A DNA stretch of 63,225 nt, filler included, from Octopus bimaculoides (GCF_001194135.2; 4 parts of 4 records of this genome joined end to end with filler, not necessarily neighbours in it), one strand, 5' to 3'. Shown: positions 50,809 through 63,225, counted from the whole stretch's first letter. Made by a program: numbers and translations. The notes: a model not told the origin generated them from the sequence alone.

Positions 50809-53747
50809 TATTCGTTGGTAGATCTTTTATTCAAACCCTAAGTTCCTGACCTGTATTTTTATTTACCTTGCATGCATTTTGTCTTGTCCCAGAGCAAGCG
50901 TTTTATGAAACATTTTCCTAACTCAGGAATCTAAGGCGCCTGCTATGGAATTTAGAAATTAGCTAATTATCGGCAATGCACTGTATATATTTTGAATAGT
51001 ATGGAAGTCCAATAGAAATCAGTTTATACACAAGTCCAGTCTTCCAATTTGAACACTAGGTTTCGGACATTGGAATTCTCTGAAACATGATCCTAATAAT
51101 CTTTAGGAATGTTATCATTATATTCCTGCCTATTCAATTTAGTAGAATTTACCATGTGTAGAGGGAAATCATTTTGTATGTTTCCCTTTTATCAGTGCAA
51201 ATATCTTTGTCCTTTACAACATTTTAAGCCGGAATGTTTGGTAAAGTACAGTGTTGTCTTTCATATAAATAATTTTCTTTATTTATTACCGAACATATAT
51301 AGCATTTAAGAGTAGCAATGCATATCCCAGGTATTGTTCAATCATTTGAATCTATGTATAATTCGTAAATGTTCTAGCAGAGCTAGTTCTTTGAATAAGA
51401 CAAACCGTTAGCTTTAATAATAACGAATAGTATTGTCGGTAAAACTGATTCCAAACTCTATTGATATATATTATTCTCCTCGTAGAAACGCTACGCAATA
51501 AATTCAATGAACAGCAGCCATATCAATTTCCTCCTTAATTCCATGTTGGTGTCCATTTGCGTTCTTAGTCAAAACACAATTCATTGGTTTTGATGAAATA
51601 TTTGGCGGTATTACTTATTAGATATTTCCAATAGATGGACACCTCTGACCCTAAGTCTCAATTAAATAAAGACACGTGTCCTTTAGAAGTTTTGTAGGCT
51701 ACATGCTGCCGAATTAATTGTATATCTGTGAAGCAGTTGAATTGTCCATGGATCGTGTCATATTAGCATAACGGTTTTCTGGTCGTGATTTATATGCGCT
51801 ATACTCATATTATCTGCAAGCAAATTATTGCAGTTTAGGATTTGAAAGTGTTCCCTTTTATCGCCGTAAATATATTTGCCTTTCGGTATGCTATTGCAGC
51901 ATGTTAAATGTGTGATATTTCGCGAAATACCGTATTGTCTTACTCATAAATAATATATTTGATTTGGAAACAAATAATTATAGCAATGCATATTTGGTAG
52001 TGTTGTTTGATTGTTTGAATCTATGTAAAATTGACAACGCATTTAAAAGAGATGTTTCTTTGAATTCGATGAAGTGTTAGCTTTAATAACAGCAAACAGC
52101 AACCTTGAGTAAGGAAGATTAAAACTTCGGTGACAAATTATAACGTTAATATTACTACCACACAGAAAAGCAACGTGATACATTCAGTGTAAGTCATTCA
52201 GGTTAACTTGAATTCTGTTTTAGGTATTTGTTTGATCATAGCCAGAAGACTACGCATTGATCCTGATCAACGAAATTTACAAATTATGCAACAGATATTT
52301 ATTAAAGGGGGAAATGTCTACGTATGATCTTTAATTCGTGCACATTATTTTACACCTTCAGTTGTTTGCATCAACCGAAATACTCCTTCTTTACGAGCAA
52401 CACATTTGACACTTACGGAAAATGTCATAGTACATTTTTTTTCTGCAATTACGCAATGTATAAAAAAAACTGACCCTGAAATATTATTAATTTGTTAAAT
52501 CTTTGAGACTCGAATTAGTAGATATTAATTAAATTATTATTAAGAGTACTAAGTAAATACGGTAAGTTGTAATAAAGTCGCTCAAAATCTGTTCCAAATG
52601 TGCATAGACTGACCATAATATATGTACCCCATACGGCACTACTTGTAAAATAATAACTCGGTAGACACGGCATAACTTTACTGCATTATAGACCATCACT
52701 GGAATTATGATTTGTGACACAAATTTAATGATCACTCTTAACAGATACACATTCTGAAATAAAGTAGTGTGGTTGTTGATTTGATAAACCCCTGCATTTA
52801 AAAGGCACATACTTTCATCACCTTCTGAAATTTAAGGCAACATTTATTTCAGCATGGTTTATTTTACCATCATGCGAATCCCTCGAAAGCAGCCGTTGAA
52901 TTGGCAGACGCATGTGAATGTGGCATAACATTACTTGTAGCAATTGTTTGAATGCCGTCATGGAAAATGTCCCGTTTCATACTACCATATTCAATAAACT
53001 ATATAAGCAATCAAATATATATATTGACGATATAGTCTACTCTGGTCTCTTCAAAATTTCTGCCTATTATCATTGTCATCTTTATGCTTATCATTGACGT
53101 CTATGCTGATGTTTTGGTTGCAGTTATTTTTATCTATCATCATATTTATAGAATTTCGTATCACAATTTTATTAGTGTTACATACTGTGATGCCAGGCAC
53201 TTATACTGTAGATAACTTACCAAATCTGTTTTGTGGGTATTTGATATTATTTTATTTTATGTTTATTATCCGATAATATAACACCGAATATACTCTCTGA
53301 AGAACGAGCGAAACACACCATATATTGCAAGACTTAACTCCTCATAAAATATATTCACCATGTTTGCGAACAAATTAATGCAGCTATTGAAGCATGTCAT
53401 CTCCACCAAGACATTAGCTATTGAAATGGAGACAGACCTCCTTGAATACAGAATATATAGACTGGGCAATCACAGGACAAAACAAGCATGCCTACAATTG
53501 AACACTGGAGTACTTCTCGCTGAAGCGTAACATAACAGATGGTGGTGACCCTATGAACATAGTAACATAAACGATTTACTTGACAGTGATTATAGCTGAC
53601 CAAAAGAAAGACAGGCGGGAAGTACTTGGAAAATCTGGTACTCATAGCGATGGAACAATCTTTTGTTTGTGTGCATGCGTGTGTGTTTATGTGCGTGCGC
53701 ATGTGTGTGCACGCGTGTGAAAGCTTTATTTGGCTGTATGCAAATGT

Positions 53748-53793
<46 letters not shown>

Positions 53794-53809
53794 TGGAGTG
53801 TGTGTGTAT

Positions 53810-54070
53810 ATATAGTGAGAATTTATAAAAAACAAAAGAAGAAGACGGGTGTGTAAACAACGAATGGACGTATTAGTTTAACGCTCGGGAAGTTTGAGAG
53901 CATGCTCTCTTCGATAGAAACGAACACAGAAATGAACACGGAGAGAAAATAGAAAAAGTTTCGCGTCTAGCGATCTATCATGGCGAATGCCGGACAGAGA
54001 GATCACACAGGAAAGCTACGAAGAAGGGGAGATAATAAAGTAGTGATGATCCCAAAACGAAGGTGCGTCT
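53810..54070 (-). mobile_element. Possible Penelope-like pseudo-LTR remnant
   Basis: The minus strand has TCGAAGAGAGCATGCTCTCAAAC (a broken hammerhead-like stem) followed by TTCCCGAGCGTTAAACTAATAC...GTCTTCTTCTTTTGTTTTT. The assignment is from recalled family resemblance only. Confidence 0.35.
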
Positions 54071-54170
54071 GTGAGTGTATGGGAGAGCATGTATGTGCGT
54101 GTGCGAGCGTGTGGAAGGGGCTGGTGCCATTGACATGTACCTGTGTGCATGTGTAGGTGTGTCGATGATG

Positions 54171-54267
<97 letters not shown>

Positions 54268-55914
54268 CGTGTGTGTGTATATGTGTAAGTGTGTGTAACA
54301 TATATGTTTGCATATATGAACATAGGTATAACTACTGGTGTACAACCATTGATTTATTTTTTATTTCCAAAATATGCTAAATAATATTTCATAGAGTTAG
54401 CACCCAACACTGTGCAACTAGGCTTTGGAAAGTAATACGTTTAACATCTCTCTGGTGGGATAATGATAGGTTAGAGTTGGTTTCGCTCTCAGTAACGCTA
54501 AAATACACAATTATCATTCGAATATTAATCCTTTATCAGAAACCAAATGCTGGAACTGGAAAGCAAAGACAACGTGCACTAGACTTAAAGTGGAACGCTA
54601 TCTACAAAGATGGTAGAAATCGAGCTTTCAAGCAGAGGAGTTAAACCGAGACGTTATGTCAGCCATGTATACGCAATTGGCGATGTTGCGCTAAATCAGC
54701 AATGCAGGCGATATTTGAACAAAGGACACAGCGATTCTGAGTAAATGCAGTGATTTGTATAAGTTTATCTGTCTGTCTGTGTGTGTGTGTCTGTGTGTGT
54801 GCATGCACTAGCACATAGAAGTATACGTATGTAGATGAAAAATAGTATGAGGAGAGCTGCTTGTCTCTATAATTATAGTATTGAGGTTTGTGCATTTAAT
54901 GTCTAATATCTGTTTTACCTTGTGTCTAAGTGTGAAGTAACATCGCAGTTTAATCGAGAGAGCTATTCATATTATCCCGATAACATTTATAATAACATTT
55001 CAATGTAGTGCATTTGGAAAATATTCACGTCTTTTCCTTGTTTAATTTTCTTGTATGTTTTGCAAGCACTATCACATGGGAGATTAAAATAGCCTCTCGA
55101 CGAACATCATTATGCGAGTGAATTGTGGAGACATTGATAATAAACCGTGGCAACATATGTAGAATGAGTAGATAAGCAAAACTGATATATTATTGCAAAC
55201 GTATTAAGAGAATTCTGAAATAGAGATTGAAAGCGTTAGATCATTTCCATTATACTTAGAAGGAATTTTGCTATTTCGATGAAAGTAACCCATTGAGAGT
55301 TTAATAACAATTCAGCAATAATTTTGGAACAACATGAAAATGTTGCTTACTTGAAAAAGCAATTAAATTCGGTAAATGTAAAACGTTAGAGACCTGTTAT
55401 AAGTGCTGTGTGTATTTTGACGATTTCATTGTATGTTGAACTGTAAATAGCATAAGACAAATAAAGAATTTATTGATTGCTGTCGATTAATTCTAATCCA
55501 TGTAGAGTTTATGTAGGTATTAAATCTAAACTTCCAGTATTTAATTCAAATAAGGTGGTGTTTAATGAAATGATCTCTCAGAGCAGCAGAGGTAAAATTT
55601 AAATCTAAAACCCAGCTATTTACAGGTAAAAACAAAAGGCAGTCTTTCTTATTTTGAATAATCTTAGAAAGATTTGAACTATTTACGTATATCATAAAGG
55701 TCAATACTATGAGGAAAATGATCCAATTGTAAATCGTATCATTATTTTTCACGTCATGGCGGAGATGGAATATACTAAACATATCCTAATTCGTATGTAA
55801 TTTTGATATGAATACAAAGGTAGGCACATTTTGTACGGTAGAGAGCTTCTTCTAGCGGTAGTTTCAAGAAATGTCTACCTTTATGTGTTTAGGTGTGCAT
55901 AGGTGTGTGTGTGC

Positions 55915-55995
<81 letters not shown>

Positions 55996-56280
55996 TATGT
56001 GTGTGGACAGAAAGAAAGAGACCGGGTGGTGTGATGTATTCTTAAGCAACATACTTCATTTCACGGTCATTTCTGAGTTCACGTCGACAACGCACGTGTG
56101 GCACACTGCGCACTTGTCCAGGCATAGCTGATTTGATGGAGGGAAATAATGCACGGTACACAGGTTTTATCACTATAAATAAAACTTAAAGTATGTCGTC
56201 TTTGACGGGACAGTCAATTATAAATATATATGTGTGTGTGTGTGTGTGTGTATGTGTGTGTATGTGTGGGGAGGGGTGTA

Positions 56281-57128
56281 GTGTCCCAAAAGTTACTGAT
56301 AGGTTTACATTTTGAATAACTCCCGTAAAATTTACAAATAAATGCAGGACAGTGTGATACAATATAAGGACATAATGGAAGATAATAGGCACAAGTTAAA
56401 TTTTGCAACACCACTACATCACATATGAAAAATGACATCACATAAATGGCATCCATTTTCGGCTTTGCACGCCCGTGCTCTTTCTAAAACTTGCTCCATA
56501 ACGCCCTTAGGAGTTTCAGAACCCAATTGTCTGACTTCTCCGACAGCTGCACCTAGGTCTCCGCTTTGTTGACGTAAACCCTCTTTTCTATGTACCCCCA
56601 CAAGAAAAAATCCGAGCTACTCAAGTCTGCGGAACAGGAAGGCCAGTTGAGACTGCCGTAGTGGAAGATTATTCTCTTTTCAAAGCACTGCCGTAGGAAC
56701 TGCTTCTCTTGCAGTATGAGCAGTTGCCCCATCTTGCTGGAGCCATATGTGAGGTCTACTTTGAATGACCTTCATGTTCCCCAGACTTCACTTGCCCGGT
56801 TTTTTTCTTGTGGGGTAACTGTAAGGGAGTGTTTACGTCAACAAAACGGGGATCCTGGTGCAGCTGAAGAAGAACATCAATAGAGATATCAGATAAGTGT
56901 TGTCTGAAATTTTAGGAAAGTTTTGGCAAGATCATGGGCGTGCAAATCCGAAAATGGCTGCCAAGCGATGTCATTTTTCAAATGTGACATAGTGGTGTTG
57001 CAAAATTTGACTTGTTCAAAATAATTTCCATTATACCCTTTATATTGTATTAAAATTTCATACATTTCTTTGTAAAGTTAAGGAACTTATTAAAAATGGA
57101 AACCCACCAGTGATGTTGGGACACCCTG
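56281..57128. mobile_element. Fold-back element made of two outward-facing 3' halves of a DD41D-like mariner
   Basis: 56281-56655 and 56761-57128 are diverged reverse complements (~370 bp each). The left arm plus centre (-) encodes WLQQDGATAHTAREA/FLRQCFEKRIIFHYGSLNWPSCSADLSSSDFFLWGYIEKRVYVNK...ENGCHLCDVIFHM*. The right arm (+) encodes PSCSPDFTCPVFFLWG../VYVNK. The right terminus is GGGACACCCTG|TA. Confidence 0.85.
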
Positions 57129-58843
57129 TACGTATGCACACACTCACACAGACACACACTCGCGTGCACACACCACACATATATATATATATTGTGTATA
57201 TTTGTGTGTGACTGTATGTCAGTTTGTATGTGTAGGATCATATTAAAACTATGCCTTTACCATTGGAAATGTTTATATTAAACATTTTAAAATTAAATAA
57301 GGACAATGGAACAGAAGTCATAATATATCTACATATAAGTATTCTGCAACTGAAGTTGTGAATATACTATTTAGTTACAAACTGCGTTTATGTTTTATGT
57401 GTGGTAAACGCGATTTGTATCATCCTGAATTCCTTCTTTTATCGCCGAAATCATGATCATATAACCCCCTTTGAAACTCCATGACTTCGATCTGAGTCCT
57501 GCATAACTGCTTTCTATCATAGACCCAGATAGACAAATGCTCTCTCAATAATTACTAGAATTAGAATATAAGAACTCTGGTGAATTTGTTCGACCAAAAT
57601 CTTGAAGGTGAATGTGATGCCCCAGTATGGTCGCAGTCCAAAGACTGAAACAAGTGAAAAGGAAAGCTTATAAATACATTACATACATATTACATACAAC
57701 AGAGTCTACGCAGCCATTGATATATTTTCAAGCAGCAGACGGTCATGAGAGGGATACATTCTTTCAATAAAAATATATAGTAATTGGATTTGATTGCATT
57801 TACGAAAGTAAATCATTCAAAAATCACTCAAGAATCTGAATATATATCAGACCATATTTACAAATACTCTTCATCTTACAACATCGATTGAAAAGATGGT
57901 ACGAAGTTGAAGTGATTCTAAAGAAGATAATAGCTATATAATGCTAAGTATATTAATTGTGGCTGGGAATAGAAACTACTGTTGAGTATCGAAATATTTA
58001 AAGTTTTAATTTTATAAATGGAGTGTTTATTGTCTGGAACTTATTAATTACACGAAATAATATTTTCTAACTGCGTAAACTTGTGATACAATATGGCGTC
58101 ATATGCACCAATTTGATTTGCAGAGAACTTTAAACCTTCTATAGAAATATTTTCTGTCGAATCGAATGCTGATTGCTTTCGTCACGCACGTATTCCATTT
58201 CCTTTCTTGGATAGTTATATCTTCTCATATAGAAACATGTGCTTCTTAATTACAGCTCCTTATTCGCCAACGAAAGCATGTAATTTGAAACAATACTAAC
58301 AGCTTATCATTTTTCTCCGATGTAATAATAAATGATAGACTACCATTACGTTTCAAACCATCATTATAGTTACTTCCTGCTCGCAATTACAAAAGCTAGT
58401 GTTGCTTGTTTATGCCACACTTTCATCAAAGGTAGCGATTCTGAGTAGGAATCTATTTCATTTAATTGTAGTTTACTGCAGTTTTAATGGATGTGTCTAG
58501 GCGTATGTTTCCCATGAAAAATACGATAACATTCTAAAATTATCAGCAACTATATGTATAGAATCAGCTTTTCTGTTTGCAGAATGTGTTAAGCTAATGG
58601 TGATTACCATAGAATGCAGGATAATAACCACACAATCGCATATGTAAACGGCACCCCTCAAGTATTTTAGGAAAGATACAAGCGGTGTGTTTGAACATTT
58701 ATGCGTTGCGTATATTAATCAAAAACTAGGAGTGGTATGAGAAAGAATTCCCATATTAGCAACGAAATGAACGTTATTATTAGTAATAAATAAGTAAAGT
58801 AACAATAATAACAACGGCGACATCAACAACAATAACAAAACTA

Positions 58844-58923
<80 letters not shown>

Positions 58924-58942
58924 TAATAATAATAATAATAAT

Positions 58943-59404
58943 ATGACATTGATATGACCGTCCCAATCGATATAAACGTATCCGTCAAGACCTACCAAAA
59001 ACTGAGCAAATATAAAGATCTTAAAATAGAATTAGCAAAATGTGGAATCTAAAGACGAAAACAATACCTATTGTCATAGGTGCCCTGGGAATGACAGCGA
59101 AACGGGCTGATTACTACCTACCTCAGATACCAGGAAACCCCAAAATGGCTGAAGTTCAAAAGATAGTGCTCATGGGAACTGCCCATATCCTACGTAAAAT
59201 TCTGTCTATGTGATCTCAAATTTTAAAGCAAACACATAATTTTCTTATGGTTTCTTAAACATTCACTTGAACAAAACTGTCCAAATCCAAATATATGGTA
59301 CCCTAGGCATAACACCTACATGAACTTCTAACTTGCTGTCTCTTGAGGTCTCTGAGTGAGACTTGGATCCAACTTGTACAAATGCAAAACAAAAGTCAAA
59401 CATA
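58943..59404 (+). mobile_element. R4/Dong-like REL retrotransposon 3' fragment A, between (TAA)n tracts
   Basis: IDMTVPIDINVSVKTYQKLSKYKDLKIE/SKMWNLKTKTIPIVIGALGMTAKRADYYLPQIPGNPKMAEVQKIVLMGTAHILRKILSM* (stop 59211-59213), then a 3' UTR. Confidence 0.85.
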
Positions 59405-59453
59405 AAATAATAATAATAGTAATAATAATAATAATCATAATAATAATAATAAT

Positions 59454-59935
59454 CGCATTTTTTACAATGCAATGAGACTCCCTAATCGATACTCGGAGAC
59501 GAGACATTGATGTTGTAGATAAAGGAGAAAAGGAAAGCAAGATTATTGATACTGCAATACCTGGTGATGCGCGCATAAGTGAAAAACAACTAGAAAATAT
59601 GGAAAAGTACGGACAACTAAAAGACGAAAATGCAAGAATGTGTTCTATGAGGAGAGGTTATGTCGTTCCAGTAGTGAACCAAGTTGGAGAAATATGTCAG
59701 AGAAATCGGAATTGATACGGGTGCAGGGCAAGCCCCCAAAACCGCTCTCCTAGGGACAGCTACGAGTTTGATGTTGTGTTGCTCTTTGGGTATTGAATGT
59801 CATCCACGATAATTAACAACTAAGTATCGCATATTATGATAAGCGGAAAGAGAGCCTGTAAGAGCTCTGACATCAGGGTGCTGTCCGCTATCACAGAATC
59901 AACCAGAGCAAGCAAGACCAAGCGTTCTCAGAAAT
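59454..59935 (+). mobile_element. R4/Dong-like REL fragment B (different family from A)
   Basis: TRRRDIDVVDKGEKESKIIDTAIPGDARISEKQLENMEKYGQLKDENARMCSMRRGYVVPVV/KLEKYVREIGID...KTALLGTA. Confidence 0.8.
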
Positions 59936-59995
59936 AAAACAGCAGCAACAACAACAGCAATAATAACAATAACAACAACAACAACGATAATAATT

Positions 59996-60320
59996 GCCGA
60001 TGTTGACAAAGCCCTTACCCATCAATGATTAGTGCCTTCTGGCTTAAAATCAGAAAGAGACGGGTTTATCATAGCAGCCCAAGAACAATGCCTACCTACA
60101 AGAAACTACCAGGCTAACATATTAAAGAACGGCAGTAGTCCAATATGTCGTGTACGAAATGAAACCATTGATCACGTTGTGCAGTCTGGGAGATCAAGTT
60201 GGGCCTACAGAGTATCTCCGCAGCCATGATAGAACAGTACAATATATTCACTGGGTAATTTGCAAAAAGCTGGGCCTGTCCCATGATAAAAACTGGTGGG
60301 AACACAAACCACCTCCAGTT
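59996..60320 (+). mobile_element. R4/Dong-like fragment C (zinc-knuckle region)
   Basis: SGLKSERDGFIIAAQEQCLPTRNYQANILKNGSSPICRV/ETIDHVV/GPTEYLRSHDRTVQYIHWVICKKLGLSHDKNWWEHKPPPV (ORFs 60032 and 60150). Confidence 0.8.
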
Positions 60321-60434
60321 GTTGTTATTGTTGTAGTTGTGGTTGTGGTTGTGGTTCAATGTGTGTGCATTGCTTTTGTTGTTGTGATTCGGGTGAGTGT
60401 GTCTGTGTTGCTATTAGTGCAGCTGACAGATTAG

Positions 60435-60625
60435 GAGAATATTTCAGTTCTATATTTAAGAGATGAGGAATTATGTACATTATTTATATTATTTACAATT
60501 GACGGATATTTCTCCTCATCTTGTTTGTTGTTAACACAACGATTCGGCTGATATATCCTCCAGCCTTCTTCAGGTATCTTGGGGAAATTTCGAACCTGGG
60601 TTCTCATTCCTAAGGTATTTTTCGA
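60435..60625 (-). mobile_element. Penelope-like pseudo-LTR with a degenerate hammerhead core
   Basis: Minus strand CTGAAGA (60573-60567)-A-GGCTG-GAGGATATAT-CAGCC-GAAT-CG. The last core A is mutated. It lies next to a (TTA)/(GTT) tract. Confidence 0.5.
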
Positions 60626-60640
60626 TGTTGTTGTTGTTGC

Positions 60641-60671
<31 letters not shown>

Positions 60672-61279
60672 TAGTTTTATTTTTATAACGTACTTTCACT
60701 TCACTACCGAGCGCAGATCTGTGCGCCTTGGGTATGTGCTGTGGTTTGCTGTGGTGCTCTTATNNNNNNNNNNNNNNNNNNNNNNNNNNNNNNNNNNNNN
60801 NNNNNNNTTAATTAATTAANNNNNNNNNNNNNNNNNNNNNNNNNNNNNNNNNNNNNNNNNNNNATATATATATATATACATATATATATTTATATATATG
60901 TATATTAAATTAATATTTATATATCTGTGTTTGTGTGTGAGTGTGAATGTATGCATGCATGTATGTATTTATGTATACACTCGTTATTTTCATTTCATTA
61001 CATTTGGAATAAATATATCAAGTGCTAAGATCTATTCTATGCAATAAAATAAATATCAGCTAAGTGTTTACTATATTAAAACTGCCCCGGATATTAAAAG
61101 GAGCAAGTAATTTGTAGCGTTTCTTAATAATTTTTCGCATTGGTCTTTATTATTATTATTATTATTATTATTATCGTTGCCGTTGTTATTATTATTATTA
61201 TTGTTGCTGCTGTTGTTTTTGTTATTCTCGAGGCAAATAAATGAAATTATTATGATTATGATTATTATTATTATTATTT

Positions 61280-61321
<42 letters not shown>

Positions 61322-61431
61322 GGAAGAAATACTCTTAGTGGTTGTAGGCTTACTTTCGTAATTCTCATATAGATTCCCAGATTCCAATTTTGCTACGAAG
61401 AATGCTTCCACTACCGAATTAAACCAAATAT

Positions 61432-61466
<35 letters not shown>

Positions 61467-62037
61467 AATAAAAGTGTGAGAAAGAGAGAGACTTTAATCG
61501 TAAGAAACAGACAACAAATATACGAAATAAATACATAAACAAATAAACTAAAATGAGAAGAAAATAAAAGTAAATATACACATACATACATACACATGTA
61601 TTCACGCACACACATATGCACACACACATACACAGATATATATATGTGTGTGTGTATGTATGTATGTATATGTGTATGTATGTATGTTTGTATGTATGTA
61701 TGTATGTGCGTATGTCGACCACCACGCACCCGTTTCCAAGTAAGTAACTATGTATGTATGCGTATATCAAACATATAAGGAATACACACACACACACACA
61801 TATATATATATAAAGGAACACACAAATAAACAAATAAAAGCGTAGACCTTATCCTTATTGAAATACAAAATGATAGAAAAAATGATAAGAATGAGTCAAA
61901 CAAAACAAAAGAAGAAAACCAACGTAATAAACATCGTTTGAAAGAGTCTACAGAAACGAATAAATGTGAAGCCTATAAAGAAATAAGTAAAAAAACTCGT
62001 TCCTTATTACTATTACTATTATTATTATTATTGTTGT

Positions 62038-62550
62038 TTGATGAAAACTCTCAGCCTTTTTTGCTGGGTATGATGGAAAAGTGTTAGCTCTCTGCAGCCA
62101 GCAGATTAAGGTGACACTTGTTTACTGATCAGGCTTCAAGAACCCTGTGGAGAACTCTTGTAGTTCCAAGCAATGATGATTTTAGTAGGTGTTCTATCTT
62201 TACATTTGTACTCATGTGTTTTTTTAACCACGTTGGTAGTTGAGTGCTGATACTTTCCAAGCGTGCCAGTCACTATTGGTATCACCTTCACTTTCTTCAT
62301 TGCTCACAAACTTTCGTATTTCTCACTTCAAATCGATTGTCATACTTGATCAGTTTTTCTTCTTCTTTCTCTTTGATCCTGTTGTCAACGGGACATGCTC
62401 TGTCGATTATCACGTAAGTTTTTTTCTTATTTGTTCACCACAACAATATCAGGTTTCCGATGTTTGTTCTGATGGTCACACTAAATCATTGCATCCTGCA
62501 GGATTATTATGCAGTCTTCATTCTCGGTAACTCCGTCTGGGATTTGGTTG
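62038..62550 (-). mobile_element. R4/Dong-like REL fragment D, flanked by (TAA)n on both sides
   Basis: PDGVTENEDC...KHRKPDIVVVNK*/VIIDRACPVDNRIKEKEEEKLIKYD/MKKVKVIPIVTGTLG/LLKSSLLGTTRVLHRVLEA* (stop 62129-62131). Confidence 0.82.
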
Positions 62551-62582
<32 letters not shown>

Positions 62583-62881
62583 ATTATTATCCTCTTCTTT
62601 CAATTTTGTTTCCATTTCTTGCCGAGTGTCTTCCCGACATCTGGAGCAAAATAACTCACTGTATACATTGGTAAGCCATTAAAATAAGCACACCAGATTG
62701 TCACATAACTTTGTAAATGAGCTGACAAAAAAAGAGGGGGTGAGAGAAAAAAACAAAACGAAAGAATAAAAAAATAATAAAATAGGAAAACAATATGTAT
62801 GTGTGTACGTACGACAGACATCCATACAGTTTCCGTCAATTAAATTCACACCAAAAGCATTAATCGTGCAGGAGAGGCTAT

Positions 62882-63225
62882 ACTCTTTTACTTGTTTCAG
62901 TCATTTGACTGCGGCCATGCTGGAGCACCGCCTTTAGTCGAGCAAATCGACCCTAGGACTTATTCTTTGTAAGCCTAGTTCTTATTCTATCGGTCTCTTT
63001 TGCCGAACCGATAAGTAACGGGGATGTGAACACACCAGCATCGGTTGTCAAGCGATGCTGGTGGGACAAACACAGACACACAAACATATCCACACACATA
63101 CATATATATACATATATACGACGGGCTTCTTTTAGTTTCCGTCTACCAAGGTGTCACGCAGTGGGACTGAACCCAGAACCATATGGTTGGTAGGCAAGCT
63201 ACTTACCACACAGCCACTCCTGCGC
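62882..63225 (-). mobile_element. Family A SINE with an internal deletion
   Basis: High similarity to 2661-3010 and 6261-6633. The segment between GTCTACCAA and GGTGTCACGC is missing. Confidence 0.88.

Larger units (their letters stand above)
21892..63225 (+). other. ARL8: Probable Arl8 intron 1 (>41 kb, open at the window end)
   Basis: Canonical GTAAGT donor at 21892. Manual scanning found no sequence encoding the next Arl8 segments (SGQF.EDMIPTVGFNMRK, WDIGGQPRFRSMWERY). Exon 2 could instead lie in an N gap. Confidence 0.7.

Noticed and set aside
58846-59995. Repeat-spacer-repeat pattern superficially like a CRISPR array
   Set aside because: The repeats are variable-length (TAA)n tracts and the spacers are 300-500-bp retrotransposon fragments. 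There are no cas genes and the context is eukaryotic.

Overview
AT-rich, microsatellite-dense eukaryotic scaffold with about 4.3 kb of N gaps. The SINE and LINE repertoire looks like octopus or another coleoid cephalopod (inference from recalled repeat families, not a database search). The only host protein-coding sequence I can support is coding exon 1 of Arl8, a lysosomal Arf-like GTPase (21769-21891, +). It has a plausible promoter about 1.1 kb upstream. No later Arl8 exon is visible, so the remaining ~41 kb is probably intron 1. Everything else recognisable is transposon debris: tRNA-headed SINEs, RTE, Tx1/L1 and CR1-like LINE pieces, many R4/Dong-like (REL endonuclease) fragments in microsatellites, Penelope-like pseudo-LTRs with hammerhead cores, Tc1 and DD41D-like mariner remnants, and MITEs. 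Almost all supplied ORFs are microsatellite, gap or antisense artefacts. I found no CRISPR array, RNA gene or novel multi-gene system. The best leads are: microsatellite-targeted REL retrotransposon stacks, a fold-back mariner made of two 3' halves, an inverted hammerhead-bearing pLTR pair, an internally deleted RTE, a paired M-box/ETS module upstream of Arl8, and triplicated splice donors after Arl8 exon 1.
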